Origin: an uncultured Clostridia bacterium
Lineage (GTDB): Bacteria > Bacillota > Clostridia > Christensenellales > Borkfalkiaceae
Reading direction: 5' to 3'
Length of the DNA: 31,134 bases
Assembly (NCBI GenBank): GCA_964494075.1
Contig: CAZBQP010000001.1
Location: forward strand, 1-31,134
Part shown: in pieces, positions 18,915 to 28,907 of the stretch
Layout of the letters: every line of letters starts with the position of its first letter
Numbering within the stretch: position 1 is the first letter of the stretch
Position numbers and translations under genes: made by a program
Notes under the pieces: generated by a model
The model's database searches: none
What the model was told of the DNA's origin: nothing
Seen by the model: only the letters and a program-made list of their open reading frames with translations

Positions 18915-18941
18915 CGAAAACAGTCTTCCATTCAAAAGAGC

Positions 18942-18981
18942 AAAAGACGACGCTCGTCAAATGACGAGAGTCGCCTTTTTT
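18942..18981. terminator. Bidirectional terminator-like hairpin
   Basis: aaaagacgacgctcgtca-aa-tgacgagagtcgcctttt, with an A-run on the left and a T-run on the right. Confidence 0.65.
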
Positions 18982-18994
18982 ACACATACAAGCG

Positions 18995-19069
18995 TTAGGG
19001 GATTGTAGAGAGCTGCCGAGAAATGCACAAGAGCATTCTTTTCAGAGGGTGAATTTCCAACCTTAGCAT
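18995..19069 (-). CDS. Candidate 24-aa small ORF, MLRLEIHPLKRMLLCISRQLSTIP
   Basis: AGGAGAG RBS 6 nt before the ATG; the ORF lies between two terminators; no recognisable family. Confidence 0.25.
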   Translation of the reverse strand: MLRLEIHPLKRMLLCISRQLSTIP

Positions 19070-19109
19070 AGCCTACTCTCCTAAAAAACACACAAAACAC
19101 GTTAAGTAT

Positions 19110-19141
19110 AAAAAACCCGGCTGCAATTTGCAGTCGGGTTT
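19110..19141 (-). terminator. Intrinsic terminator of rplU-rpmA
   Basis: aaacccgactgcaa-a-ttgcagccgggtttttt. Confidence 0.75.
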
Positions 19142-19155
19142 CAATCTCATTTTGA

Positions 19156-19434
19156 TTATTCCGCGATGGGATAAACGCTTGCTTTTTTCTTATCTTTGCC
19201 CATTCTTTCGTAACGAACTACACCGTCAACGAGCGCGAACAAGGTGTCATCTTTACCGATGCCTACGTTCGTACCAGGATGAATCTTCGTGCCTCTCTGG
19301 CGAACGAGGATGTTCCCTGCAAGAACCGCCTGACCGTCGCTGCGCTTCGTGCCAAGACGTTTTGCTTCACTGTCTCTACCGTTGTGGGAGGAGCCGGTAC
19401 CTTTTTTATGAGCGAATAAACTGATAAAAATCAT
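19156..19434 (-). CDS. rpmA: 50S ribosomal protein L27 with a 7-aa N-terminal extension
   Basis: [22 protein letters not shown]...KRLG...[10 protein letters not shown]; AGGAGA RBS. Confidence 0.98.
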   Translation of the reverse strand: MIFISLFAHKKGTGSSHNGRDSEAKRLGTKRSDGQAVLAGNILVRQRGTKIHPGTNVGIGKDDTLFALVDGVVRYERMGKDKKKASVYPIAE

Positions 19435-19489
19435 CTTTATTTCTCCTTAAAATTCTAATTTCTCCGCTTCTTAACAGAAGCACTTGCAA

Positions 19490-19795
19490 TTAAAGTTCGA
19501 TTTTTTCAACTTTGATTGCGGTGAAGGGCTGTCTGTGACCCTGCTTTTTACGCTCGTTCTTCTTTGCTTTATACTTGAAAACGATGATTTTCTTCGCTTT
19601 GTCCTGCTTAACAACAGTAGCGGTAACTTTTGCGTTTGCCACTTCAGCGCCAGCTTTTACGCCGTTTTCATCAGCAATCATAAGAACTTTGAAGCTTACG
19701 GATTCGCCTTCAGCTGCTGCGAGCTTTTCAACTCTTACAACGTCGCCTTCCGCAACCTTATACTGCTTGTTCCCGTTATCAATAATAGCGTACAT
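19490..19795 (-). CDS. rplU: 50S ribosomal protein L21
   Basis: [18 protein letters not shown]...KQGHRQPFT. Confidence 0.98.
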   Translation of the reverse strand: MYAIIDNGNKQYKVAEGDVVRVEKLAAAEGESVSFKVLMIADENGVKAGAEVANAKVTATVVKQDKAKKIIVFKYKAKKNERKKQGHRQPFTAIKVEKIEL

Positions 19796-19799
19796 AGTT

Positions 19800-19887
19800 T
19801 TACCTCCTCTTTCCAGTCTCGAAGAAATGCAAGGCGCAGCGTTTTTTATAAAACGGCTGACTTAAAAAGCCCGTTCCTATCGGCTCG
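19800..19887 (-). ncRNA. Possible L21-type ribosomal leader
   Basis: About 90-nt 5' UTR between the promoter and rplU containing short stems; the call rests on position only. Confidence 0.25.
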
Positions 19888-19893
19888 ACTATT

Positions 19894-19923
19894 ACTATAC
19901 CACAAAATTCTTGTTCTCGTCAA
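19894..19923 (-). promoter_or_regulatory. sigma-A promoter for rplU-rpmA
   Basis: TTGACG-18 bp-TATAGT with TG extended -10. Confidence 0.7.
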
Positions 19924-19941
19924 GCATTTTTGCATGATTTT

Positions 19942-19971
19942 TCATATTTTTCTGTTTTTTACACCATAATA
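19942..19971 (+). promoter_or_regulatory. Possible sigma-G promoter
   Basis: TCATA-18 bp-CATAATA, compared with the sigma-G consensus GHATA-18-CATAHTA. Confidence 0.35.
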
Positions 19972-20001
19972 GAAATAGTAAATAAAAAAGGAGATCGCCT
20001 T

Positions 20002-20448
20002 ATGGAACAAGACAACAAGAAAACGGAAGAAGCGTTGGCGGAAATTTACCGCAACGCACAGCTTGCTTTAACCTCCATCGCCAACATTCTGCCCGAAATC
20101 GGCGAGGACGAACGATTAAAAAACGAGCTTCACGCCCAACACGAGGAATACGAACAATTTTCCGCCAAAGCATGCATGCTCGCACAAGATGAAAACATTG
20201 AAATCAAAGAGCCGAATCCGATAAAAAAAGCGATGACGTGGGGTTCTATCAAGATGAACACACTGACGGACAGCTCTCGCTCACACATTGCAGAAATGAT
20301 GCTGCAAGGAACGGTGATGGGGATTTCCGCTCTTAGAAAAACAGCAGGGGAGCTTGGTGAAAATAGCAATGAACGCATACCTGCCCTATTGCAAGAGATG
20401 ATAAACCGTGAAGAAGCTTTTGAAAAAGTTTGGAAAGAAATGTTGTGA
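20002..20448 (+). CDS. Hypothetical all-helical protein, 148 aa, possibly ferritin-like; start reassigned to 20002
   Basis: AAGGAG RBS before MEQDNKK; helical pattern ending SHIAEMMLQGTVMGI. Confidence 0.75.
   Translation: MEQDNKKTEEALAEIYRNAQLALTSIANILPEIGEDERLKNELHAQHEEYEQFSAKACMLAQDENIEIKEPNPIKKAMTWGSIKMNTLTDSSRSHIAEMMLQGTVMGISALRKTAGELGENSNERIPALLQEMINREEAFEKVWKEML
20372..20384 (+). repeat. Dispersed motif copy inside the hypothetical CDS (sense strand; encodes ERIPA)
   Basis: Exact match; context aatgAACGCATACCTGCcct. Confidence 0.8.
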
Positions 20449-20631
20449 TTTTTTCTATTTTCGCATTTATTTCTGCAAATTAAAGTCTTAAATCAGCAAG
20501 CAAACGTCTTCTACACACGGAAACACACCGCTTACAACCCCTTTTTCAAGCAAGTAACGAAGGACTGCTCGTACAATAAAAAAAAGGGGGGGCTACACTA
20601 ATTACGCAAGCTTCTTTATTCGCGCAAACTC

Positions 20632-20660
20632 AAAAAGACTTCCTTTCGGAAGTCTTTTTT
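20632..20660. terminator. Bidirectional terminator between convergent genes
   Basis: aaaaagacttcc-tttc-ggaagtcttttt. Confidence 0.8.
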
Positions 20661-20661
20661 C

Positions 20662-22380
20662 TTATTTATGTCCGTTCGGAGTCACCAACACCGTTTTATA
20701 ATCGGTGTACGTCACAAATCCTGCCTTACTCTTGCTCGGTTTTTTGACGAATTTTCGCTTACAATAATCGACGGGAATCTTGTCGCCGTCCTTTCCGTCC
20801 GAATAGTACGCACAGATTTCAGCTGCAAACAACAGCGTTTCATCGCTTACCTGCCCACCTTCCGTCACAATAATCACGTGAGAGGAGTGATACTTTTGTG
20901 TATGCAACCATATATCCTCAGGCGATGCCGCTCGAAGCAAACGATCGTTTTGCACGTTGTTTCGTCCGGCGTAAATTTTCATACCGCCGTGTTCATATTC
21001 ACGGAAGGGGATTGTCTGTTCCTTCTTCTTTCCGCCCACCCGTTCTTTGGGTGCACGCAACAATCCTAACTCAACCAATTCCGCCTCGATTTCCTTCAAA
21101 TCCAGCGCCGTCTCCGCCGTGGAAACAGCGGCGAACACGCTATCCGTATAGTCAATTTCCAACTCCTCTTTTTGGAGCATCGGCGTCAAAATTTCCTTCG
21201 CACGTTTGTGTTTATTGTACGTCTTAAAATACCGTTGCGCATTCTTCGACGGGGGCAGGGTTGCGTCCAACGATATTTTCACCTTCTCCATATCGGGGGA
21301 ATACCAGTTTTCCAACTCCACTTCCTTCATGCCTTTTTCCAACCGATACAAGTTTGCAGTAAGCAGCTCGCCTTTTATACGATACTCTTCCGCATTCTCC
21401 GCATCTTTCAATCGTTCAAGCGTTTCCTGCAACTTTTTCGTCTGTTTTTTCTTCAAATTTCTGACCGCCGTTTCCAGCTTCCGTCTCTTATCTTCAAATC
21501 CCTTCTTACTCTCTCTCGACGTATAGAAAACGTCTTCCGCTTTGCACAGCGAGGGCGTTTCCTCGCCACCAACGACGGGAAAAGCAAAGAAATCGACGTA
21601 GCTGCCGTTCTGCGGTTTCAAGCAGGGACGATTTGGCTCGTTTTGGCAAAACTCCCCGACGAACGACCAAAGGGGAATCTTGGCGTTTTTGCTTACAACA
21701 TCTTCCCCTTGATTGAGTACCACCGCTCGACGAACAATTTCACGAGCCGTAGACATCGCAAGCCCTGCCACGTTTTCAAAAAGGAAGAGTGCTAAACCCT
21801 CCTCTTCCCATCCGTCGGTGCGCATGGAAAGGTAATTTTGCAAACGTGAACGCATACCTGCCCCGTCGAAAGGGGATAATTTATCCTGTGGCGTCGGGTA
21901 TTGATAGCGTGCACCTGCAAGCAGCAAACGATGGTTTTCACTCTCCAACGCCGTCGTTTTGAGTGCGCCTAAAATAATTCCTTTTTCGCTTAAAACAATG
22001 TTGGAATACTTGCCCATAAGCTCGCAATGCAACACACGATCACACTCCGAAAAGTCCGTCGTACAATGCACGACAATCTCGATAATGCGCTCGAATTCAT
22101 GCTGCCGCACTTCCAAAATTTCCGCATTTTGCAAATGTTTACGCAAGAGCATACAAAAGTTGGGGGCAACGGGCGCAGGTTCTTTTTCCGTCAAAGACAG
22201 ACACACACGTGCGTTGGATGCGTTGGCGCTCAAAATCAGCTTGACCGTCGTTTTCCCCGTGTACACGATCAACGTGAGCTCATCCTTGTTGACCTGTGAA
22301 ATTCGATTGATTCGTCCTCCGACGAGAAAGGCGTTGAGTTCTTGGGCTAATCGCCGTATATGAAATGCGTCCTGGGGCAT
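20662..22380 (-). CDS. rqcH: Ribosome quality-control factor RqcH (NFACT/FbpA family)
   Basis: NFACT-N (GRINRISQ...PNFCMLLRKHL...ELMGKYSNIVL), coiled coil, KNAQRYFKTYNK, and NFACT-R (GRNNVQNDRL...WLHTQKYHSSHV...VDY). Confidence 0.93.
   Translation of the reverse strand: MPQDAFHIRRLAQELNAFLVGGRINRISQVNKDELTLIVYTGKTTVKLILSANASNARVCLSLTEKEPAPVAPNFCMLLRKHLQNAEILEVRQHEFERIIEIVVHCTTDFSECDRVLHCELMGKYSNIVLSEKGIILGALKTTALESENHRLLLAGARYQYPTPQDKLSPFDGAGMRSRLQNYLSMRTDGWEEEGLALFLFENVAGLAMSTAREIVRRAVVLNQGEDVVSKNAKIPLWSFVGEFCQNEPNRPCLKPQNGSYVDFFAFPVVGGEETPSLCKAEDVFYTSRESKKGFEDKRRKLETAVRNLKKKQTKKLQETLERLKDAENAEEYRIKGELLTANLYRLEKGMKEVELENWYSPDMEKVKISLDATLPPSKNAQRYFKTYNKHKRAKEILTPMLQKEELEIDYTDSVFAAVSTAETALDLKEIEAELVELGLLRAPKERVGGKKKEQTIPFREYEHGGMKIYAGRNNVQNDRLLRAASPEDIWLHTQKYHSSHVIIVTEGGQVSDETLLFAAEICAYYSDGKDGDKIPVDYCKRKFVKKPSKSKAGFVTYTDYKTVLVTPNGHK
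21849..21861 (+). repeat. Dispersed motif copy inside rqcH (antisense; encodes GAGMRS)
   Basis: Exact match; context cgtgAACGCATACCTGCcccg. Confidence 0.8.
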
Positions 22381-22509
22381 AAAACACTCCTATAATCTTC
22401 CTTACAAAGTCCCTTGAACCGTTGCCGCCGAAAAAATATCAACGGATTTACTCTCAATTTGACAGCTAATCACGACGTTTGACGTCACGTGGGACTATCT
22501 TTCCTTATA

Positions 22510-22538
22510 ATTATAACCGAAAAATTACAAATTGTAAA
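22510..22538 (-). promoter_or_regulatory. sigma-A promoter for rqcH
   Basis: TTTACA-17 bp-TATAAT. Confidence 0.6.
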
Positions 22539-22699
22539 TAAAATCTACCTAAAAACGCTTTATTTTCTTTTGAAAATATGGTAAAATTATAAGTAGCGTG
22601 TTTACGATCCATATAATGTGTTTATAAACAATTATATTGTGGACGTACCTTTTACGAAAAAAATAAAAAAATCAGCAATAAAGTTCAGGAGAAACAACT

Positions 22700-23998
22700 A
22701 TGAAGTACACGACCAAAGCGGCAGAAAAAAGCACGGTAAAGATCACCATCAAATTTGACGGTGAAGAATGGAAGAGCGCACAGCAGGCAGCTTACCTTAA
22801 AACGAGAGGCAGATTTGCAGTAAACGGATTCCGTAAGGGCAAAGCTCCCAAAAACGTAATCGAAAACGTATACGGCAAAGGCGTATTCTTTGACGAAGCG
22901 CTCAACACCATGTTCTCGGACGCTTACGGCAAAATCTACGACGAAGTTTCCAAAAAGCGCCCTATTGTAGGCGATCCCGACGTTTCCGTAGAAAAACTTG
23001 ACGACGAAGGCATCACCATGGTGGCAGTCGTTCCCGTTAGACCCGAAGTGAAAATTTCTTCCTACACGGGTATGAAAATCAAAGAATATGCGTATACTGT
23101 TAAGGACGAAGAACTCGACGCAGAAATCAACCGTCTGCTCGACAGAAACGCTCGTAAAGTGAACGTGGAAGGCAGAAGCGCCATTCTCGGCGACATCGCA
23201 AACATCGACTTCGTCGGCACGGTGGACGGCGTTAAATTCGACGGCGGCGAAGCAGAAGGCTTCGACCTCACCCTCGGCAGCGGTCAGTTCATTCCCGGTT
23301 TTGAAGATCAGGTAGTGGGCATGAACATCGGCGAAACCAAGGACGTCAACGTAACCTTCCCCGAAAACTATCAGGCAGAAGCACTCAAAGGCAAACCCGC
23401 TGTATTTGCCGTTACTCTTAACGCTCTTCAAGCAAAAGAACTTCCCGAGCTCACCGACGAATTCATCAAAGACGCTACGGGTAGCGCTACGGTAGAAGAA
23501 TACAAGGCAAAAACGAAGGAAAGATTGCAAAAGCAGGCTGATCGCAGAGCAACCGACGCCACCGAAAACAGCATTTTGGAAGCAATCGCAGCCAACGCAG
23601 AAGCTGAAATTCCTCAGGCAATGATCGAAAGAGAAATCGACTCCCTCGTACAGAAGTTTGAATACCAGCTTATGTATCAGGGCTTGAAGCTCGAAGACTA
23701 CCTCGACTTCCTCAAAGTCAGCCTTGCAGACTTCAGAAAGAACTATGAAGAACAGGCGAAGAAGAACGTGATGAGCCAGCTTATCATCGCTCACATCATC
23801 AAGGAAGAAAAGATCGAAGCTACGGCAGAAGAAATCGATGCAAAAGTTGCAGAACAGGCTGCTTCCGTTGGCAAAGAAACGGAAGAATACAAGAAGAACA
23901 TGGATCCTCGCCAGCTCGACTACATCTCCAGCGATATCGTCATCACGAAGTTGTTTGATTTCTTGAAGGCAAACAACGAAATGTATAAAGAAGACTAA
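22700..23998 (+). CDS. tig: Trigger factor
   Basis: GFRKGKAP ribosome-binding motif and FKBP domain (DFVGTVDGVKFDGG..GSGQFIPGFEDQ). Confidence 0.99.
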   Translation: MKYTTKAAEKSTVKITIKFDGEEWKSAQQAAYLKTRGRFAVNGFRKGKAPKNVIENVYGKGVFFDEALNTMFSDAYGKIYDEVSKKRPIVGDPDVSVEKLDDEGITMVAVVPVRPEVKISSYTGMKIKEYAYTVKDEELDAEINRLLDRNARKVNVEGRSAILGDIANIDFVGTVDGVKFDGGEAEGFDLTLGSGQFIPGFEDQVVGMNIGETKDVNVTFPENYQAEALKGKPAVFAVTLNALQAKELPELTDEFIKDATGSATVEEYKAKTKERLQKQADRRATDATENSILEAIAANAEAEIPQAMIEREIDSLVQKFEYQLMYQGLKLEDYLDFLKVSLADFRKNYEEQAKKNVMSQLIIAHIIKEEKIEATAEEIDAKVAEQAASVGKETEEYKKNMDPRQLDYISSDIVITKLFDFLKANNEMYKED

Positions 23999-24013
23999 TT
24001 TAAGGTTGACATT

Positions 24014-24604
24014 ATGGAAAAGAACGTTTTAATCCCCTACGTCGTAGAACGCACCGCTTCGGGCGAACGCTCGTACGATCTTTACTCCCGCTTGCTCGAT
24101 GATCGAATCATCTTTTTGAGCGGAGAGATTGACGACGCCGTTGCGAACACCGTGGTGGCGCAGCTCATCTACCTCGAAGGGAAAGATCCCACGAAAGATA
24201 TCAGTTTGTACATCAATTCCCCCGGCGGCAGCGTATCCGCAGGCATGGCGATTTACGATACGATGAACTATATCAAATGCGACGTCTCCACCATCTGTAT
24301 CGGTTTGGCGGCGTCCATGGGCGCATTCTTACTTTCCAGCGGTACACGTGGCAAGCGCTATGCACTTCCCAACTCCGAGATTATGATTCACCAGCCCCTC
24401 GGCGGCGCGCAAGGTCAGGCGAGTGACATCAAAATCCAGGCGGAGCACATTCTCCGCACGAAAGCCAAACTCAACCGCATCCTTTCCGAAAACACGGGCA
24501 AAGATCTTGCCACTATCGAAAAGGACACCGACCGTGACAACTATATGTCGGCGGACGAAGCGAGATATTACGGCTTGATCGACAGAGTGTTCGTAAGAAG
24601 ATAA
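24014..24604 (+). CDS. clpP: ATP-dependent Clp protease proteolytic subunit
   Basis: [24 protein letters not shown] (catalytic Ser), MIHQP and DRDNYM. Confidence 0.99.
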   Translation: MEKNVLIPYVVERTASGERSYDLYSRLLDDRIIFLSGEIDDAVANTVVAQLIYLEGKDPTKDISLYINSPGGSVSAGMAIYDTMNYIKCDVSTICIGLAASMGAFLLSSGTRGKRYALPNSEIMIHQPLGGAQGQASDIKIQAEHILRTKAKLNRILSENTGKDLATIEKDTDRDNYMSADEARYYGLIDRVFVRR

Positions 24605-24629
24605 TTCAAGCGATCCTTTACGATTCTAC

Positions 24630-24662
24630 GGCGCGCGCAATGCATTGCACGCGCCTATTTTT
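24630..24662 (+). terminator. Terminator-like hairpin between clpP and clpX
   Basis: ggcgcgcgcaat-gc-attgcacgcgcc followed by tattttt. Confidence 0.55.
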
Positions 24663-24704
24663 CCCCAAAACACACAATAGTTTGAGAATATTGGAGAACA
24701 GATT

Positions 24705-25946
<1,242 letters not shown>

Positions 25947-26011
25947 AACGCACGATTTATGTGTTTCCTGTAAAAAAGTTGAAATATTTTCAACTTTTTT
26001 TTACTTTCCTC

Positions 26012-26040
26012 TTGACTTAACGGCAAAGTTAGTGTATAAT
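26012..26040 (+). promoter_or_regulatory. sigma-A promoter
   Basis: TTGACT-17 bp-TATAAT. Confidence 0.75.
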
Positions 26041-26080
26041 TTAACTTATAAGAAAGCATTCTCGAAAAGGAGGTACTTTT

Positions 26081-26737
26081 ATGAAGAAGAACAATACGAA
26101 TTCGCAGCCGGAAGTAACGCAACAGCAACAGCAGCAACAGCAACCTTACGGCTATGGTTATCCCCAAGGCTATCCTTACGGTTACGCTCAACAACCTTAT
26201 GCGTACGGCTATCCTCAAGGGTATGGATATCCTCAGCAACCCGTAAAAAACGAACCTTTATACGTCATGAAAAAGAGTGCATGGACCATCATTCGCTTTA
26301 AATATTTCTTACCTATGTTGCTCGCAGGGATTATTACCTTGATTGCTCATTTGTTTATGAAAGAAATTCTTCCCGATGTTGTGTTCTACGGCTTGTACGC
26401 ACTCACTGCGCTTTGCGTCATCATTCCCATGTCGATCATGATTATCAGAATTGCCAACATCAAAGACGACCAAATTTTGATTTACCCGAATAAAGTCGTT
26501 AAGAAATGGGGCATCTTGCAAAAGCATGAAGATACGAATATTTTCACGCAAATCCTTTCCGTCACCGCACATCAGACTTTCTGGGGCAGACTTTTCAATT
26601 ACGGTACTCTTAAAGTAGACGTCATGGGGAAATGGGATTTCGACATGAGAGGTATCAAAGATCCTTTCAAAGCGAGAGACTTCCTCGAACGTTTCGCTGC
26701 AAACGGCATGAGTATGCAACAGTTTATCATGAACTAA
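26081..26737 (+). CDS. Membrane protein with a Gln/Pro-Tyr-Gly repeat N-terminus, two TM helices and a bacterial PH (bPH_2-like) domain
   Basis: QQQQQQQPYGYGYPQGYPYGY..., two hydrophobic segments, and WGRLFNYGTLKV typical of bPH_2. Confidence 0.75.
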   Translation: MKKNNTNSQPEVTQQQQQQQQPYGYGYPQGYPYGYAQQPYAYGYPQGYGYPQQPVKNEPLYVMKKSAWTIIRFKYFLPMLLAGIITLIAHLFMKEILPDVVFYGLYALTALCVIIPMSIMIIRIANIKDDQILIYPNKVVKKWGILQKHEDTNIFTQILSVTAHQTFWGRLFNYGTLKVDVMGKWDFDMRGIKDPFKARDFLERFAANGMSMQQFIMN

Positions 26738-26751
26738 CCTACATAAACAAC

Positions 26752-26782
26752 AAAAGCTCACGGACTGTCCGTGAGCTTTTTT
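26752..26782 (+). terminator. Intrinsic terminator
   Basis: aaaagctcacggac-t-gtccgtgagctttt followed by tt. Confidence 0.8.
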
Positions 26783-26865
26783 ATTTTCCTTTGCGTTATT
26801 TTTGTCTTGTAATGCTCGTTTGTCACAATAACACTTTTTCTTTACTCATTGCTTTTTCTATGATA

Positions 26866-26896
26866 TACGCCCCGAACGAAATTCGTTCGGGGCGTA
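26866..26896. repeat. Perfect 31-bp palindrome with 15-bp arms
   Basis: tacgccccgaacgaa-a-ttcgttcggggcgta, with no flanking U-tract. Confidence 0.85.
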
Positions 26897-26920
26897 CTTC
26901 ACGATTGTTTTCAAATTATT

Positions 26921-27781
26921 TCAAAGCTCTTCAGAGTCGTCTTCGTGTTCCTCTTCCTGCTTATTATTCTTCTTAAAACGAAGCTCGTCCACGGGGTAGT
27001 CCTTGTAAATCCAACCGCCGTTTTTATCGTCACTCTTCACCTTCACCGTCATTTTCAGCATATTCACCGATACGACGATAGCTCGACCTTCGGGCGTACC
27101 CACCTCTAAACCGACTTTGGGCATTTTCTTGCTCGCCTCACTGTAATATTCGTTTTCATAACTCAAACAACACATGAGTCTTCCGCAAAGCCCGCTGATT
27201 TTTTCTGCGTTGAGGGACAATCCTTGCGTCTTCGCCATACGCACGCTCACCTTCTTAAACTCGGGCATATTGCCGGCGCAACAGCACGTTCTGCCACAAG
27301 GTGCAATGCCGCCGAGGTACTTCACCTCATCCCTGGTACCTATCTGTCGCAATTCAATACGGTTTCTGAAAGCGGATGCAAGGTCTTTGACAAGCTCACG
27401 GAAATCCACTCGGTTTGCCGACGTAAAGTAGAACACGATCTTCGATCCGTCGAATGCGTACTCGCAATCAATGAGTTTCATATCCAACTCGTGCTTGGCA
27501 ATCTTCTCTTTACAAAGCTGCATCGCCTGCGGCTTTTTCGACTGATACAACTCATACGTCTGCGTATCTTTTTCGGTTGCAATGCGCACAATCGGCTTCA
27601 AAGGGGGGACAATTTCGTCGTCTGCCACCTCTTTCACGGGATAGGACACCCACGCATATTCCAACCCTCTCGCCGTTTCCACGATGACGGGCATATTCTT
27701 CTCGTATACGTCTCCTTCTTTAGGGGAGAAGTAATACAGTTTTCCGCTATTTTTGAATTTAATTCCTACTACTTTTACCAT
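26921..27781 (-). CDS. ricT: RicT/YaaT (PSP1 domain; stage 0 sporulation family)
   Basis: VIVETARGLEYA, FYFTSANRVDFRELVKDLA, RIELRQIG, CGRTCCC and KISGLCGRLMCC; follows holB. Confidence 0.92.
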   Translation of the reverse strand: MVKVVGIKFKNSGKLYYFSPKEGDVYEKNMPVIVETARGLEYAWVSYPVKEVADDEIVPPLKPIVRIATEKDTQTYELYQSKKPQAMQLCKEKIAKHELDMKLIDCEYAFDGSKIVFYFTSANRVDFRELVKDLASAFRNRIELRQIGTRDEVKYLGGIAPCGRTCCCAGNMPEFKKVSVRMAKTQGLSLNAEKISGLCGRLMCCLSYENEYYSEASKKMPKVGLEVGTPEGRAIVVSVNMLKMTVKVKSDDKNGGWIYKDYPVDELRFKKNNKQEEEHEDDSEEL

Positions 27782-27789
27782 AAAATTAC

Positions 27790-28752
27790 CTATTTATTTC
27801 TAATTTTTGCCATGCACGTTTCTATGCACTGGGGGAATACGGCGTTGAATTGCACTTCCATTTCCGCTTGAGAAATCGCATCTTGCGCATAGAGCAATGC
27901 GACTTTGGAATACTTCATCGCCACGTCGTGCACCCTGATTTTTTCCGACTGTAACAACACTGCGCCTCGATAGGGAGCGCCGTTCATCTTGACGAGCAAA
28001 GCGTCTCGGAAAATCAAACGCAACAAGGACAACAATTCCTTTTTATATTTGGTTTCGCCCATGGAGCGAATCACCTGAGGAAGACGGTGTTCTTCCGTCA
28101 AAGCAAGGGAGAACGCCCCTTCCAAAAGCGTTTTGTAATAGCCGCCTTCCAACATGTTTTGCGCTTCGCCAACCACACCGCCACAAGTGGCTGCGCATAA
28201 GCTCAACGCAGACATGGTATACTTGTCTTGATAAATTCGAGCCAGACACGCCGTCACTTCTTCCATTGTGAAAGGGAGAATTTCCAGCCGTTTCGTTCTC
28301 GATAAAACGGTGGTTAATACGGAATACACCGACGTTGCGCCAAGCAGGAACACAACGTCTTTGGGCGGTTCTTCCAACAACTTCAAGAGCTTGTTTTGCG
28401 TCTGCGAATTCGCTTCGCTAAAATCTGCCAAAAGAAAGACTTTCTTACCACCCTCAACAGGGCTTAACAAGCTTTCTTCCTTGATTTTTTCCGCATCTTC
28501 GACGGTCAGTTTTTTTCCGTCCGTTGGATAAACGGGACAATCGAAAAAGCTTTCCTCGTCGATGAGTTTCTCCCGTCTTTCGTTTTCAAAAGAATTCTCC
28601 GTTTGAAAAAAGAGCTTCGCAAACGTTTTGAGCACGAAACGCAAGTTTTTACTATCATTACACAGCAAAAGATACGCATGAGAATGGGTATTCTCGGCGC
28701 ATTCCTTTTTAAGCAGACGATACGCCTGCGTTGTCTGTAACAATTCCTTCAT
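27790..28752 (-). CDS. holB: DNA polymerase III subunit delta'
   Basis: SHAYLL, QNKLLKLLEEPP and TTVLSRT; upstream of ricT/yaaT. Confidence 0.88.
   Translation of the reverse strand: MKELLQTTQAYRLLKKECAENTHSHAYLLLCNDSKNLRFVLKTFAKLFFQTENSFENERREKLIDEESFFDCPVYPTDGKKLTVEDAEKIKEESLLSPVEGGKKVFLLADFSEANSQTQNKLLKLLEEPPKDVVFLLGATSVYSVLTTVLSRTKRLEILPFTMEEVTACLARIYQDKYTMSALSLCAATCGGVVGEAQNMLEGGYYKTLLEGAFSLALTEEHRLPQVIRSMGETKYKKELLSLLRLIFRDALLVKMNGAPYRGAVLLQSEKIRVHDVAMKYSKVALLYAQDAISQAEMEVQFNAVFPQCIETCMAKIRNK
28205..28217 (+). repeat. Dispersed motif copy inside holB (antisense; encodes TMSAL)
   Basis: gctcAACGCAGACATGGtata matches the 9612 copy at 19 of 20 positions. Confidence 0.85.
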
Positions 28753-28816
28753 AACGGCTCCCGCTTCGATAAAGCAAAACTCAAATCTCGTTTTTTCTTC
28801 GGTATTTTCCTATATT

Positions 28817-28845
28817 AGTATACCACGTTTTTTTTAATTTGTCAA
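28817..28845 (-). promoter_or_regulatory. sigma-A promoter for holB-ricT
   Basis: TTGACA-17 bp-TATACT with TG extended -10. Confidence 0.8.
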
Positions 28846-28885
28846 GTAGTTGCCACACCTTCATAAAATATCAAAAACGAGGCAC

Positions 28886-28898
28886 CCATGTATGCGTT
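28886..28898 (-). repeat. Dispersed motif copy, intergenic, 10 bp past the stop codon of the 406-aa gene
   Basis: Exact match; context gttcAACGCATACATGGgtgc. Confidence 0.85.
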
Positions 28899-28907
28899 GA
28901 ACAATGG

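Noticed and set aside
19000-19055. Resemblance to a glycine riboswitch (agagag..gccgag..ctttcag)
   Set aside because: The match is loose, the conserved core is incomplete, and no downstream gene lies in that orientation.
22685-23794. 369-aa minus-strand ORF, and similar ones at 17159-18163, 8941-9573, 29175-30179, 27224-27871 and 6518-7309
   Set aside because: All lie opposite clearly identified genes and show no independent RBS or family signal.
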